A stretch of DNA of 48,601 nucleotides from an uncultured virus (IMG/VR IMGVR_UViG_3300031134_000641) (lineage: Duplodnaviria > Heunggongvirae > Uroviricota > Caudoviricetes), in IMG/VR virus record IMGVR_UViG_3300031134_000641, one strand, 5' to 3'. Each line of letters starts with the position of its first letter. Position 1 is the first letter of the stretch. The translations under genes and the position numbers were made by a program. Shown here in pieces: positions 26,579 through 35,918 of the stretch. Below the pieces are notes generated by a model, which was not told where the DNA came from, ran no database searches, and saw only the letters and a program-made list of their open reading frames with translations.

Positions 26579-27661
26579 TTGACAACCGTACTGACACCGC
26601 CCGTATCTAAACCACTAAGAAAGACAGGGCCAAGCGAGTACACTGCTTTATCAAAACAAATTAAAGAAAACAACCTACTCAAAAGAGAAGTAGGCTTCTA
26701 CATCAAAACTTTTAGCTTCTGGGTTACATTCCTTATCGCTACTATCGTTGCATCAACTTTCATAGGAGACAGCTGGCTCCAGCTTATCCCTGCCGCGCTA
26801 CTAGGTGTTGGTACCACACAAATTGCATTCCTAGCTCACGAAGCTTCACACCGACAGATTTTCAACACAAACAAGCTAAACGACAAAGCAGGCCTAATCC
26901 TTGCAGACTTCTTTGCAGGCTTAAGTTACACATGGTGGATGACAAAGCACACACGTCACCACGCTAACCCAAACCATGTGGAAAAAGATCCTGACATTAA
27001 CATTCGTGTTCTTTCATTCACAGTAGACCAGGCTAAGGCTAAAACTGGACTCATGAAGGTCATCTCCAAAGGCCAAGGTTGGCTATTCTTCCCCATCCTA
27101 ACTCTGACTGTACTTGACCTGCTCATCTCCTCAGCAAGTGTTCTCTTCGGTAAAGAGAAAGTAAAAAACCGTGCTCTAGAGTTGACCTTATTCTTAGGGC
27201 ACTACGTCATCCTTGTCTCATTACCTTTCATCTTCTTAAGCCCTGGAATAGCAGCAGCTTTCATCGCCGTCCAAATGATGGTATTCGGATTCTACATGGG
27301 AATGGCATTTGCGCCTAACCACAAGGGAATGCCTGTACTAGCCAAAGACTCTAACGTGGACTTCCTAAGACGACAGGTGCTAACATCTCGCAACATCAAA
27401 GGAAGCTGGTTCACCGACAACTTCATGGGCGGACTAAACTACCAGATTGAGCATCACCTTTTCCCCAGCATGGCCCGCCCACAGCTGAGAGCAGCCCAGA
27501 AACTCACACAACAGTACTGTGAGGAAAAGAACATTCCTTACCTTGAAACAACTCTGCCTGACTCCTACAAGCAGGTTATTGTCTATCTGAACAAGGTTGG
27601 TCTAAAAGAAGTTGACCCATTTGATTGCCCAATGGTGTCTCAGTACCGTCGTCGTGACTGA
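26579..27661 (+). CDS. Membrane fatty-acid (acyl-CoA) desaturase
   Basis: His boxes HEASH, HTRHH and QIEHHLFP; TM segments; TTG start. Confidence 0.93.
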   Translation: MTTVLTPPVSKPLRKTGPSEYTALSKQIKENNLLKREVGFYIKTFSFWVTFLIATIVASTFIGDSWLQLIPAALLGVGTTQIAFLAHEASHRQIFNTNKLNDKAGLILADFFAGLSYTWWMTKHTRHHANPNHVEKDPDINIRVLSFTVDQAKAKTGLMKVISKGQGWLFFPILTLTVLDLLISSASVLFGKEKVKNRALELTLFLGHYVILVSLPFIFLSPGIAAAFIAVQMMVFGFYMGMAFAPNHKGMPVLAKDSNVDFLRRQVLTSRNIKGSWFTDNFMGGLNYQIEHHLFPSMARPQLRAAQKLTQQYCEEKNIPYLETTLPDSYKQVIVYLNKVGLKEVDPFDCPMVSQYRRRD

Positions 27662-27673
27662 GGTTCAAGCACT

Positions 27674-27683
27674 GTTAGAAATA
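27674..27683 (+). promoter_or_regulatory. GTTAGnnAT motif
   Basis: GTTAGAAATA; 9-nt spacer to ATG 27688. Confidence 0.7.
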
Positions 27684-27687
27684 AAGC

Positions 27688-28458
27688 ATGTCCAGAAATC
27701 GTTGCGAAGCTAAAGACCCGGCTAACTGCAAGTTCCACAGGCCGAAACTATTTCCTTTGCCTGCACCACCTTCCGCTGAAGAGCACTTCAACGAATCAAA
27801 AAAGTTTGAATTTGTTGTAAACGCGAACCAGAAGGAGGCGTTAGAGGGTTACCTAGACAACGACTATATGGATATGACACCTGTGCTATATGGCGCTAGC
27901 GACTATAAGAAGGACAAGTTTCTTAAACAAGCAGACTTAATACAGGAAGCTATTGAGACCTACGAGGCTGTCTCTGACAAGAAACCGAAAACAGTTTACA
28001 GGGCAACACGGCTTAAGGCTGGTCATAGTTTTAACAGCCCTGAAGAGATGAAAGACTTCGTAGAAAAGAACTTTAAACCAGGTTCTGTTATCACTACAGC
28101 TGGTTTCACATCAACAACAGTCAGACCTGAAGTTTTGTTTGACTTCCTCCCAGACGGCCACAATGATTACGTTATCAACAACCCCAAAAAAGAAATGTCA
28201 TCTAAACGCTACCATGAACTTATGGGTAGCGACGAGAGCCTAAACAACCTAGTCTATGAGATAAGCACTCCCTCTGGCGTGGCTGTATCATCTTTTGGTC
28301 ACAGCCACGCTACTAGAGAACAAGAGTACCTACTTGGTAGAAACAAGCGTTTCGTCATCAAAGAAGTATTACCCATCTCTAGACTAGATAATCCCGCAGA
28401 GCGCCCTTTCCGTAAGCACGCTCATGCTACCATCATTAAACTGGAAGAAATTGTTTAG
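27688..28458 (+). CDS. ADP-ribosyltransferase (R-S-E type) with N-terminal Cys/His tag, ART3
   Basis: VYRA, GFTSTT, REQEYLLGR; tag CEAKDPANCKFH. Confidence 0.8.
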   Translation: MSRNRCEAKDPANCKFHRPKLFPLPAPPSAEEHFNESKKFEFVVNANQKEALEGYLDNDYMDMTPVLYGASDYKKDKFLKQADLIQEAIETYEAVSDKKPKTVYRATRLKAGHSFNSPEEMKDFVEKNFKPGSVITTAGFTSTTVRPEVLFDFLPDGHNDYVINNPKKEMSSKRYHELMGSDESLNNLVYEISTPSGVAVSSFGHSHATREQEYLLGRNKRFVIKEVLPISRLDNPAERPFRKHAHATIIKLEEIV

Positions 28459-28466
28459 TACTGATT

Positions 28467-28476
28467 GTTAGACATA
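28467..28476 (+). promoter_or_regulatory. GTTAGnnAT motif
   Basis: GTTAGACATA; 9-nt spacer to ATG 28481. Confidence 0.7.
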
Positions 28477-28480
28477 AACT

Positions 28481-29455
28481 ATGAATGGAATACTACAACC
28501 AGACGGAAAACGCTGCTACACCGGACCAGAATGCAAACTGCATGGTGCGCACAATCAAAAGGTACTATCTGGTAAGAAAAAGCCTTCATACCTAGATGAA
28601 ACGCCAACAGCTGATAGTGTGTTCACTATGGAACCTAAAAAAGTAGACTTTGATAAAACATCCCTTCTTCGCGCTAGGCACCTTATTCGTCAATTGTCCA
28701 TGAAAGATATGGACTCAAGCTTGCTAGCTAACACAATTCTGACTGATGTGGCAAAGATGAAGCACGTTGACTACGAAAAGGTTTCATCAGCCATTGAAGT
28801 AGCTTCCTACCTGCACCGTAACGATACTAGGGCTAACCGTAAAGGTTTGCCACGTACACCATATATTGAGCATCCTCTTCGTAACACTTTACGAATTATG
28901 CGATATGAGTGCACTGACCAGAATGTTATCGTAGCTTCAATCTTGCATGACACTGTTGAAGACCACCCACATGAGATAGCTGCCGAATTTGCTGAGCAGC
29001 CAGTTGAAGATGAAGCAGAAGCTCGTGAAACTGCCTTAAACTTTATCTCAGAAACCTACGGAGATAACGTAGCACACATTGTTTACAAGGTGTCCAACCC
29101 AATCCTTCCTGAAGGCCTATCTAAGGAAGAGAAAAGGGAGAAGTACATTGAACATGTTGACTCTGTAATCGGTGATGGTTCAGTTGCTCTAGTGAAATTC
29201 AGTGACTTCGTTGATAACGCTGTTGGTTTGTACCACAACCTAGTTGTAGACGAAAACAATCCTAAAGTAAACAACAAGGGAATGGTTTCACACCTTTCCA
29301 AGAAATATCTGCCTCTTATTCCAATCTGGCGTGAGCGTTTAGAACGAGAAAGAACAAACCGTACTATCCCAGTCACGAACAAGGGACTAGAAGAAATGTT
29401 CCGTCATTTGGAGCATGGAGAACGAGAACTTACAAAGCTTTCCCAACTCGCATAA
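28481..29455 (+). CDS. HD-domain hydrolase, RelA/SpoT-hydrolase/MESH1-like, with N-terminal Cys/His tag
   Basis: PYIEHP, ASILHDTVED, VKFSDFVDN; tag CYTGPECKLHG. Confidence 0.82.
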   Translation: MNGILQPDGKRCYTGPECKLHGAHNQKVLSGKKKPSYLDETPTADSVFTMEPKKVDFDKTSLLRARHLIRQLSMKDMDSSLLANTILTDVAKMKHVDYEKVSSAIEVASYLHRNDTRANRKGLPRTPYIEHPLRNTLRIMRYECTDQNVIVASILHDTVEDHPHEIAAEFAEQPVEDEAEARETALNFISETYGDNVAHIVYKVSNPILPEGLSKEEKREKYIEHVDSVIGDGSVALVKFSDFVDNAVGLYHNLVVDENNPKVNNKGMVSHLSKKYLPLIPIWRERLERERTNRTIPVTNKGLEEMFRHLEHGERELTKLSQLA

Positions 29456-29484
29456 AAATAGTTGGAATATTTTAGCTTAATTAG

Positions 29485-29513
29485 TTGCTTTACCGATAAT
29501 AGTAGTGTATGAT
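29485..29513 (+). promoter_or_regulatory. SigA-type promoter of the tRNA
   Basis: TTGCTT-N17-TATGAT; CCGATA in the spacer at 29493. Confidence 0.7.
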
Positions 29514-29539
29514 AGTTCTTGTAACTAAAAATACACTAT

Positions 29540-29626
29540 GGCATGGTGGCAGAGTCCGGCCGAATGCGCTTGCTTCGAAAGCTTGTAGGGGTCTTCCCCT
29601 CGGAGGTTCGAATCCTTCCCATGCCG
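29540..29626 (+). tRNA. tRNA-Ser(CGA)
   Basis: Acceptor GGCATGG/CCATGCC, discriminator G, long variable arm AGGGG-tctt-CCCCT, T-loop TTCGAAT, anticodon CGA at 29576-29578. Two U-U mismatches in the anticodon stem; CCA not encoded. Confidence 0.85.
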
Positions 29627-29687
29627 CAACCAAAATGTAACAAACTAATGTCTAATCTATTGAAAATGAAAGAGTGGTGAAAAAGTA

Positions 29688-30218
29688 ATGCAGTCTACAC
29701 TTGTACTCAACGCGTCCTATGAGCCGTTGTCTATTGTGTCTGGCCGTCGCGGGGTGAAGATGATCCTAAACGGGCGCGCTTCTTCACTTGATGACTCTGA
29801 AGTAGTTTTCAACTCTGAAGACATTTCCATACCGGTACCCTACGTTGTACTTTTGAACCGTTACGTCCGAAAGGACGCCTTCACGAAGAAGCCTCGCTTC
29901 TCCAGACGAGGTGTTCTTGTCCGTGACGGGTTCGCATGTACCTATTGTGGCAACTACGCTGACACAATTGACCACGTTATCCCTCGTATGGACGGTGGAG
30001 AATCCACTTACGAAAACTGTGTTGCAGCTTGTGGACCATGTAACCGTAAGAAGGGTCACAAGACTCTTAAGGAAATGGGTTGGAGCATAAACTTCAAGCC
30101 AACCGCTCCATCCTTGTTCACAACCATGCTTGGCAAAGCGCGTTCCAACGAACGTCAGCTTGAAGCATGGGGCAGGTACATATCCATGTTCCAGCCGGAA
30201 CTCGCTAAAAGCAACTAA
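29688..30218 (+). CDS. HNH endonuclease
   Basis: LVLNASYEPL, RDGFACTYCG, TIDHVIP, NCVAACGPCN. Confidence 0.92.
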   Translation: MQSTLVLNASYEPLSIVSGRRGVKMILNGRASSLDDSEVVFNSEDISIPVPYVVLLNRYVRKDAFTKKPRFSRRGVLVRDGFACTYCGNYADTIDHVIPRMDGGESTYENCVAACGPCNRKKGHKTLKEMGWSINFKPTAPSLFTTMLGKARSNERQLEAWGRYISMFQPELAKSN

Positions 30219-30258
30219 ATAGTTTAGGCCCACCCAACTCGGGTGGGCCTAAACTATT
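30218..30258. terminator. 18-bp-arm hairpin
   Basis: aatagtttaggcccaccc-aactc-gggtgggcctaaactatt. Confidence 0.75.
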
Positions 30259-30348
30259 CGACGGAGCTTTACATTCTTGGAATAAAATCATTCCCGTTTC
30301 GGCTTTACATGCTAAACTACAATCAACTTACAGAAAGAAAAGATAAAC

Positions 30349-31374
30349 GTGAGCTTAACAGCAGAAGAAACAAAAAACGATGAAGTCCGACTATGCTACG
30401 ACATGGTAATCGTCGGTGGAGGTGTAGCAGGCCTCTCAGCAGCCGTGTATGCCGCTCGTGACGGCTTTAAAACCCTAGTCCTTGAAGGTGAAGCCATCTC
30501 CAGCGTTGACGCCCCAGGTGGCGCTCTAATGCTTACCTCCAGCATTGAGAACTTCCCCGGGTTTGTTCAGGGAGAAGGAATGGAGCTAATCAACATCATT
30601 CGTTCCCAGGCAGAAAACTTTGGCGCTGAGATTGTTGAAGAACGAGCAGAAAGCATTGTCACAACACAAGAACACGGCAAACTTCATCTAGTTAAAACGG
30701 GTGAGAACACTTACCGCACTAAAAGTATTATCCTAGCTACCGGTGCTGTCGCCCGCCAGTTAGGTGTTCCAGGTGAAATAGAGCTTTATGGTCAGGGAGT
30801 ATCCACATGCGCTACCTGTGACGGTTTCTTCTATCAGGATAAAACTGTGGCTGTCGTAGGTGGTGGAGACACAGCAGTTGAAGATGCACTCTTCCTGACT
30901 CGTTACGCGAAAAAAGTATACTTACTTCCTCGCCGTACCGAGCTTCGTGCCTCCGGACCAGAAGCTCGAGAAATCCTTGAACACCCTAAAGTTGAGATTC
31001 TTTGGTCATCCGAAGTTGAGTCAATCATTGAGTCAAACAACACCGTGGGTGGTATCGTTTACCGTCAGGAAGGCGAGCTAAAAGACCTTGCAACAGATGG
31101 TCTCTTCGTTGCTATTGGCCGTGACCCTGCTACAGGATACTTGAATGACAGTGAAGTACAGCTAGACAGTGAAGGTTATATCCTCACAGTTGACAATTCA
31201 AACCGTGTTCTAGGAGATATTCCTGGAGTCTTCGCTGCTGGTGACGCTGTTGACAAAGTATTCCGTCAGGCTATCACCTCTGCCGGTCGCGCTGTTGAAG
31301 CTGAATTAGAAGCGCGTCACTACCTTCTTTCAGCTGACCGAACACCTCTAAAGCAACCAACTCAGCAGAGCTAA
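30349..31374 (+). CDS. trxB: Thioredoxin reductase
   Basis: GGGVAG, ENFPGF, CATCDG, GGGDTAVE, GVFAAGD, RQAITSA. Confidence 0.95.
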   Translation: MSLTAEETKNDEVRLCYDMVIVGGGVAGLSAAVYAARDGFKTLVLEGEAISSVDAPGGALMLTSSIENFPGFVQGEGMELINIIRSQAENFGAEIVEERAESIVTTQEHGKLHLVKTGENTYRTKSIILATGAVARQLGVPGEIELYGQGVSTCATCDGFFYQDKTVAVVGGGDTAVEDALFLTRYAKKVYLLPRRTELRASGPEAREILEHPKVEILWSSEVESIIESNNTVGGIVYRQEGELKDLATDGLFVAIGRDPATGYLNDSEVQLDSEGYILTVDNSNRVLGDIPGVFAAGDAVDKVFRQAITSAGRAVEAELEARHYLLSADRTPLKQPTQQS

Positions 31375-31451
31375 ACAACCTAAAGCTTCTGCGTTAAAAA
31401 AAGAAAGCATGCTATGATGAAACATGTCATGCTAAAGAAAAGGTGGAATGA

Positions 31452-31664
31452 ATGAAATCAAAAAACCTTGTTATCACAGCTAACGATGGTCAACATATGA
31501 GACAGTTAGCAGATGATTACATCTACATTGGCCGAGAAGTTGATGTGGACCCTCAGACTTTTAAAGTCACAGTTTTAGCTTTGCCTCGCTCATACAAGAA
31601 AAAGCGTGCAGCAGAAACAAAACTGGAATCTAGAAGGTCTAACTCAGATGAGGAATACAAATAA
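31452..31664 (+). CDS. Small hypothetical protein
   Basis: AGGTGG SD; 70 aa; co-oriented with its neighbours. Confidence 0.65.
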   Translation: MKSKNLVITANDGQHMRQLADDYIYIGREVDVDPQTFKVTVLALPRSYKKKRAAETKLESRRSNSDEEYK

Positions 31665-31691
31665 AAACTGAATAGAAAGGAAGGATATCTT

Positions 31692-31952
31692 ATGGTTGTT
31701 GAAGAGCGTAAGTATCCAGACAGTATTACAACAGACAATGGCAAGACCATTCGGCTGTCACAACTTAAAAAGAACAACAAAGTCCGTATTCACGGTCACA
31801 ACATAAAAGTGGGAGACATTCCACTAACTGCGGCGCAACTTAACTGCGGGCATGTCGTAAGAGGAATTGCTCTACAGCTAAACGATGTTGTGTTCTGTGA
31901 TAAAGATGAACACCGAGAAGATACGTATGTCTCTCAAATTATATCTGGATGA
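31692..31952 (+). CDS. Small hypothetical protein, possible Zn site
   Basis: AAGGA SD; NCGH...FCDKDEH. Confidence 0.65.
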   Translation: MVVEERKYPDSITTDNGKTIRLSQLKKNNKVRIHGHNIKVGDIPLTAAQLNCGHVVRGIALQLNDVVFCDKDEHREDTYVSQIISG

Positions 31953-32060
31953 AAATCTTGTCCGATAAAAATTAGAGGGGAACACACCCTGTTAAAAGGA
32001 ACAGTGTTCCCCTCTAACAAAGCCACAAACTAACTCTTGCAAGGAAACTCTTAAACACAA

Positions 32061-33485
32061 ATGTCCAACTCATATTTAGCTCAAGATGTACTCGCTGAAC
32101 AGGCTGTTCTCAGTAACCTGTTCAATGAACCTACAGTAGTTGACTTACTCTCCGAAATCTTGGTACCATCTGAGTTCTTTGAGCCAAAGAATGAGCTTAT
32201 ATTTCAGGCCATCCTTAAACTGCGTCAAGAAGGTAAATCTTTTGACCCTGTAAGCTTGATGACAGAAATGTCCAGAGACGACACACTAGCCGCTGCGGGT
32301 GGCCCGCTGTACATCTATGAGATTGTTTCACCTAACAACATTGCATCATACGGTAACGACGTTATTGGACACGCTACCGCAGTTAAAGAGAACGCTCGCC
32401 GCAGAGTCCTCACAGATGCCGCAGAGGCAATTCTCCAGGCAGCTAGATTAGGTTCAGGCTTATCAGCCGAAGAAGCCACCATCTTAGCTGAAAAAACAAT
32501 CTACGATATCACCAACGAAGAAGCAATCTCAAACGATGTTTACAAAGTTGCTGACCTGTATGCTCCAGTTACAGAGGAAGTACGACGAGCTAAAGACCGA
32601 CCTGAAGGTGTAATGGCAGGTATCCCCACTGGATTCCCTGACTTAGACAAGAAAACAAACGGGTTCAAACCAGGTCAGCTTATCTTCATCGCAGCAAGGC
32701 CCGGTATCGGTAAGTCAACTCTAGCGGTAGACTTCTGTAGAGCAGCTGCGTTCTTAGCTGAAAAAACTGTTCTCTTCTTCTCACTGGAGATGAGCAAAGA
32801 AGAAATCACCGAACGTATCATCTCTGCGGAAGCACGAGTCGCCTTGCAGGACCTGCGTTCAGGTAACGTTACCAAAGAAGACTGGATGAACATTGATGAA
32901 GTTGAAAACAAAATCAAAACAGGAACCTTCCTTGTAGACCCTTCCCCTAACGTTTCACTGTCTAAGATTCGTTCCCTAAGTGTCCGCCAGCAGATGAAGC
33001 CTGAAGGCTTAGACATGATCGTTATTGACTACCTTCAGCTTATGGAAGTACCCAAAGGTTCATCAAAAGGTGCTTCCCGCCAGGAGCAGGTCAGTGAGTT
33101 GTCTCGTGGTCTTAAGCTTTTAGCTAAAGAGCTTCAAATCCCAGTTATCGTTCTATCTCAGCTTAACCGTTCCAGTGAAACCCGAGTTGACCGTGTCCCC
33201 CAGGTGTCCGACCTCCGTGAGTCCGGTTCACTAGAGCAGGACGCTGACATTGTTTTCCTAATTCACCGCCCTGAAGCTGGTGACGAGAACAACCGACCCG
33301 GAGAAACAGATTTAATCATCGGTAAGCACCGTTCCGGCCCCACAGGCAAGATCCCTCTAACCTCCATGCTTGAATACTCCAAGTTCGTACAAGGACAGGG
33401 TATCTTTGAACGCGAAGAAGAGCGTGTTGGTGATGGAACTGGTACCGGCGACTACACAGCAACAGCTGATGAAACTCCATGGTAA
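32061..33485 (+). CDS. dnaB: Replicative DNA helicase
   Basis: AEQAVL, GIPTGFPDLD, AARPGIGKS, FSLEM, IDYLQLM, LSQLNR, LRESGSLEQDAD. Confidence 0.97.
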   Translation: MSNSYLAQDVLAEQAVLSNLFNEPTVVDLLSEILVPSEFFEPKNELIFQAILKLRQEGKSFDPVSLMTEMSRDDTLAAAGGPLYIYEIVSPNNIASYGNDVIGHATAVKENARRRVLTDAAEAILQAARLGSGLSAEEATILAEKTIYDITNEEAISNDVYKVADLYAPVTEEVRRAKDRPEGVMAGIPTGFPDLDKKTNGFKPGQLIFIAARPGIGKSTLAVDFCRAAAFLAEKTVLFFSLEMSKEEITERIISAEARVALQDLRSGNVTKEDWMNIDEVENKIKTGTFLVDPSPNVSLSKIRSLSVRQQMKPEGLDMIVIDYLQLMEVPKGSSKGASRQEQVSELSRGLKLLAKELQIPVIVLSQLNRSSETRVDRVPQVSDLRESGSLEQDADIVFLIHRPEAGDENNRPGETDLIIGKHRSGPTGKIPLTSMLEYSKFVQGQGIFEREEERVGDGTGTGDYTATADETPW

Positions 33486-33520
33486 ACCGATAAAACAGGT
33501 AGAAAGGGAAACATAACCTC

Positions 33521-33742
33521 ATGAATGATGTAATAATTGACACTTTCACCTTAATCTTCGGAGCAATCGCACTCTTAGCTCTCATAGGTGTGGTAGTATC
33601 GTTACTGATGAAAAGTAGTCAGAAGAGTAAATCCAAGAAATCTATGCCATCATATGGCTCTGACAACTCCACTATCGCAAGAGACCTACAAGACAAATAC
33701 AAAACCGACCGCAGCGACGGAAACGAAAGAAGAATAAACTAA
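33521..33742 (+). CDS. Small single-TM protein
   Basis: N-terminal TM plus basic tail; CCGATA at 33487. Confidence 0.7.
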   Translation: MNDVIIDTFTLIFGAIALLALIGVVVSLLMKSSQKSKSKKSMPSYGSDNSTIARDLQDKYKTDRSDGNERRIN

Positions 33743-33743
33743 A

Positions 33744-34775
33744 TTGGACGACCAGAGCAGAACACCCAAGCAGACTTCAGGAATCTGGGGTGACAACCCC
33801 ACAGTACCGGAACAGCGTACTCCATTGAACACAAATGACGTTAGTACTACCCCGCAGCAGCCTGAAGCTAACTCACCTCAGAGATTCCGTCGCAAAAAGG
33901 CTCAATGGGGACTGCGTCACGTAATCTACTCAGTAGTTGGATTCCTAGGCGTACAGATCCTAGCCAGCATCGGACTTATTGTTTATGCTTTCACACAAAC
34001 AGACGTTGCCTCAGTCATTACCAACCCCGCAGCAACAACAGATGAGATTACACAAGCTACAACCAGTCTACTCTCTGCCCCTCTAGTCCTAGCAGCAGTA
34101 CAGTTCTCCATGTACCTAACCTGGCTAGCATTTGCCTGGTTCGCCACAAAGTTCCGTGGACTCAACTCATTCAAGAAAGACTTCTGGCTACGATTCCGTT
34201 GGTATGACGCTCCACTAGGTGCGGTGATAGCATGGGGTCTAATTGCTCTAGAGACAGCTATTTTCTCACTGCTCCCCATGATATTCCCTGGACTTAACAT
34301 GGAAGGAACAGACAACGGTAGCTTCCTAACCCAGTACACAGGTGTTTGGTTCGTAATCGTAGCAATCGGAATTGGTGGAATCGCAGGGCCATTCTTTGAG
34401 GAACTATACTTCCGTGGTTTCGTAATGCAAGGTTTAATTCGCTACTTCCGAAAAGGTCTAAGAAGAAAACCTACCAGCAAGCTAGGAAACAAAGTATACA
34501 CAGACAACCCTGGCCTATACAACGGTTATCTAAAAGTCAAACGTTGGATGTACGACAAGAAATACATTCTAGCGATGATTATCTCCTCCGTAGCATTCGG
34601 TCTTATGCACTGGCAGGGTACAGAAACATTCGGCCAAATGATTGTACCAGTGTTCACAGGTCTACTCGGTCTACTATTCGCATACGTTTCAATCAAAATG
34701 CGAAGAATTGGACTCGCTGTGTTCATACACATCTTCTTCAACACAACAACATTAATCCTCTCAACATTCAGTTGA
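33744..34775 (+). CDS. CPBP/Abi (CAAX type II) intramembrane protease
   Basis: EELYFRG, AFGLMH, HIFFN; multi-TM. Confidence 0.9.
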   Translation: MDDQSRTPKQTSGIWGDNPTVPEQRTPLNTNDVSTTPQQPEANSPQRFRRKKAQWGLRHVIYSVVGFLGVQILASIGLIVYAFTQTDVASVITNPAATTDEITQATTSLLSAPLVLAAVQFSMYLTWLAFAWFATKFRGLNSFKKDFWLRFRWYDAPLGAVIAWGLIALETAIFSLLPMIFPGLNMEGTDNGSFLTQYTGVWFVIVAIGIGGIAGPFFEELYFRGFVMQGLIRYFRKGLRRKPTSKLGNKVYTDNPGLYNGYLKVKRWMYDKKYILAMIISSVAFGLMHWQGTETFGQMIVPVFTGLLGLLFAYVSIKMRRIGLAVFIHIFFNTTTLILSTFS

Positions 34776-34786
34776 GATACAAGTAA

Positions 34787-34830
34787 AACAGTTGAGGCCA
34801 CCCACAAAAAAGTGGGTGGCCTCAACTGTT
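34787..34830. terminator. 19-bp-arm hairpin
   Basis: aacagttgaggccacccac-aaaaaa-gtgggtggcctcaactgtt. Confidence 0.75.
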
Positions 34831-34837
34831 AGGAATA
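34828..34837 (+). promoter_or_regulatory. GTTAGnnAT motif
   Basis: GTTAGGAATA; 9-nt spacer to ATG 34842. Confidence 0.7.
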
Positions 34838-34841
34838 CAGT

Positions 34842-35918
34842 ATGTCAAACCAAGAACAAGAACTAAGAGTTTTCCGTGGGTTACCAGGATCAGGAAAATC
34901 AACTGAAGCCGAGAAGCTAGTACAAAGCGACCCCGACAGGTGGGTGCGCGTAAACCGCGATGATATCCGCTTTGAGCTATACAACAAATATGTTATCCTC
35001 AATTCCAAAGGTGAGATGGATAAAAACGCTGAGAACCATGTCACCGAAGTAGAAAAGCGTCGTATGAATGATGCTTTCAAAGCTGGCAAATCAGTCGTCA
35101 GTGACAACACAAACTTAGGCATCAAAACCGTTAAAAAGCACATTGCCTTAGCGCAATCCCACGGAGTCAAAGTTACACACCAGGACTTCCCAGTGCCTCT
35201 AGAAGAAGTGCAAAGACGTAACGCTGCTAGGTCAAGAGTAGTAGAGCCATGGGTTATCAACCGTATGCACAAACAGAGCATGGGACCCAACGGAGAATTC
35301 CACCTGTTCCCAGGAAGTTACCCTCTAAGGCCTTTTGTCAAGCCCGCAAGTAAAGAGCATGCGGTGGTGTACGATATGGACGGCACAACCACCGATATAT
35401 CAGGTATCAGACATTTTGTTCGCGGTAAATATAGGAACTTCGACGCCTTCCACCGTTCTTCATTGTTCTGCCCACCTAATCAAGATGTGCTGGATATGAT
35501 GCATGATACAGCTGCTGCTGGACTCACCAATATTGTGGTGACTGCCCGAAATCGTGAGTATGAGGATGTTACAGTAAAATGGCTTGACGACCACAACGCT
35601 CCATTCTCCAATATTTACATGCGTAAAGATGGTGACCAGCGTAAAGATAACATTGTTAAAGCGGAAATTCTTGAGGATATTTTAGTTGATTACGATGTTG
35701 TGCACGCAGTAGACGACCGCCCTGAGGTAATTGATGTTTGGCACAGTGCTGGTATCCAGACTACCCTAGTGCCAGGGCTTGACTACACTGACGAAGAAAT
35801 TGCTGCCGGTAAGCCTATCTCCATAGTTAACCCTCTGCGCGCAGGTAGATGCTTGCGCTGTGGCCGCCCTATCTCCGGAGGTCGAGCCTTAGGCCCGACT
35901 TGTGAGAAAATAGGTTAA
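34842..35918 (+). CDS. Polynucleotide kinase/phosphatase (PseT-like), copy 2, with C-terminal Cys-rich finger
   Basis: GLPGSGKS, NRDDIR, SDNTNL, DMDGT, DDRP; tail CLRCGRP...GPTC. Confidence 0.92.
   Translation: MSNQEQELRVFRGLPGSGKSTEAEKLVQSDPDRWVRVNRDDIRFELYNKYVILNSKGEMDKNAENHVTEVEKRRMNDAFKAGKSVVSDNTNLGIKTVKKHIALAQSHGVKVTHQDFPVPLEEVQRRNAARSRVVEPWVINRMHKQSMGPNGEFHLFPGSYPLRPFVKPASKEHAVVYDMDGTTTDISGIRHFVRGKYRNFDAFHRSSLFCPPNQDVLDMMHDTAAAGLTNIVVTARNREYEDVTVKWLDDHNAPFSNIYMRKDGDQRKDNIVKAEILEDILVDYDVVHAVDDRPEVIDVWHSAGIQTTLVPGLDYTDEEIAAGKPISIVNPLRAGRCLRCGRPISGGRALGPTCEKIG

Noticed and set aside
29688..30218. HNH next to the tRNA as a homing element or integration-site marker
   Set aside because: It resembles the common stand-alone actinobacterial HNH type; no duplicated tRNA 3' end or intron context is seen.
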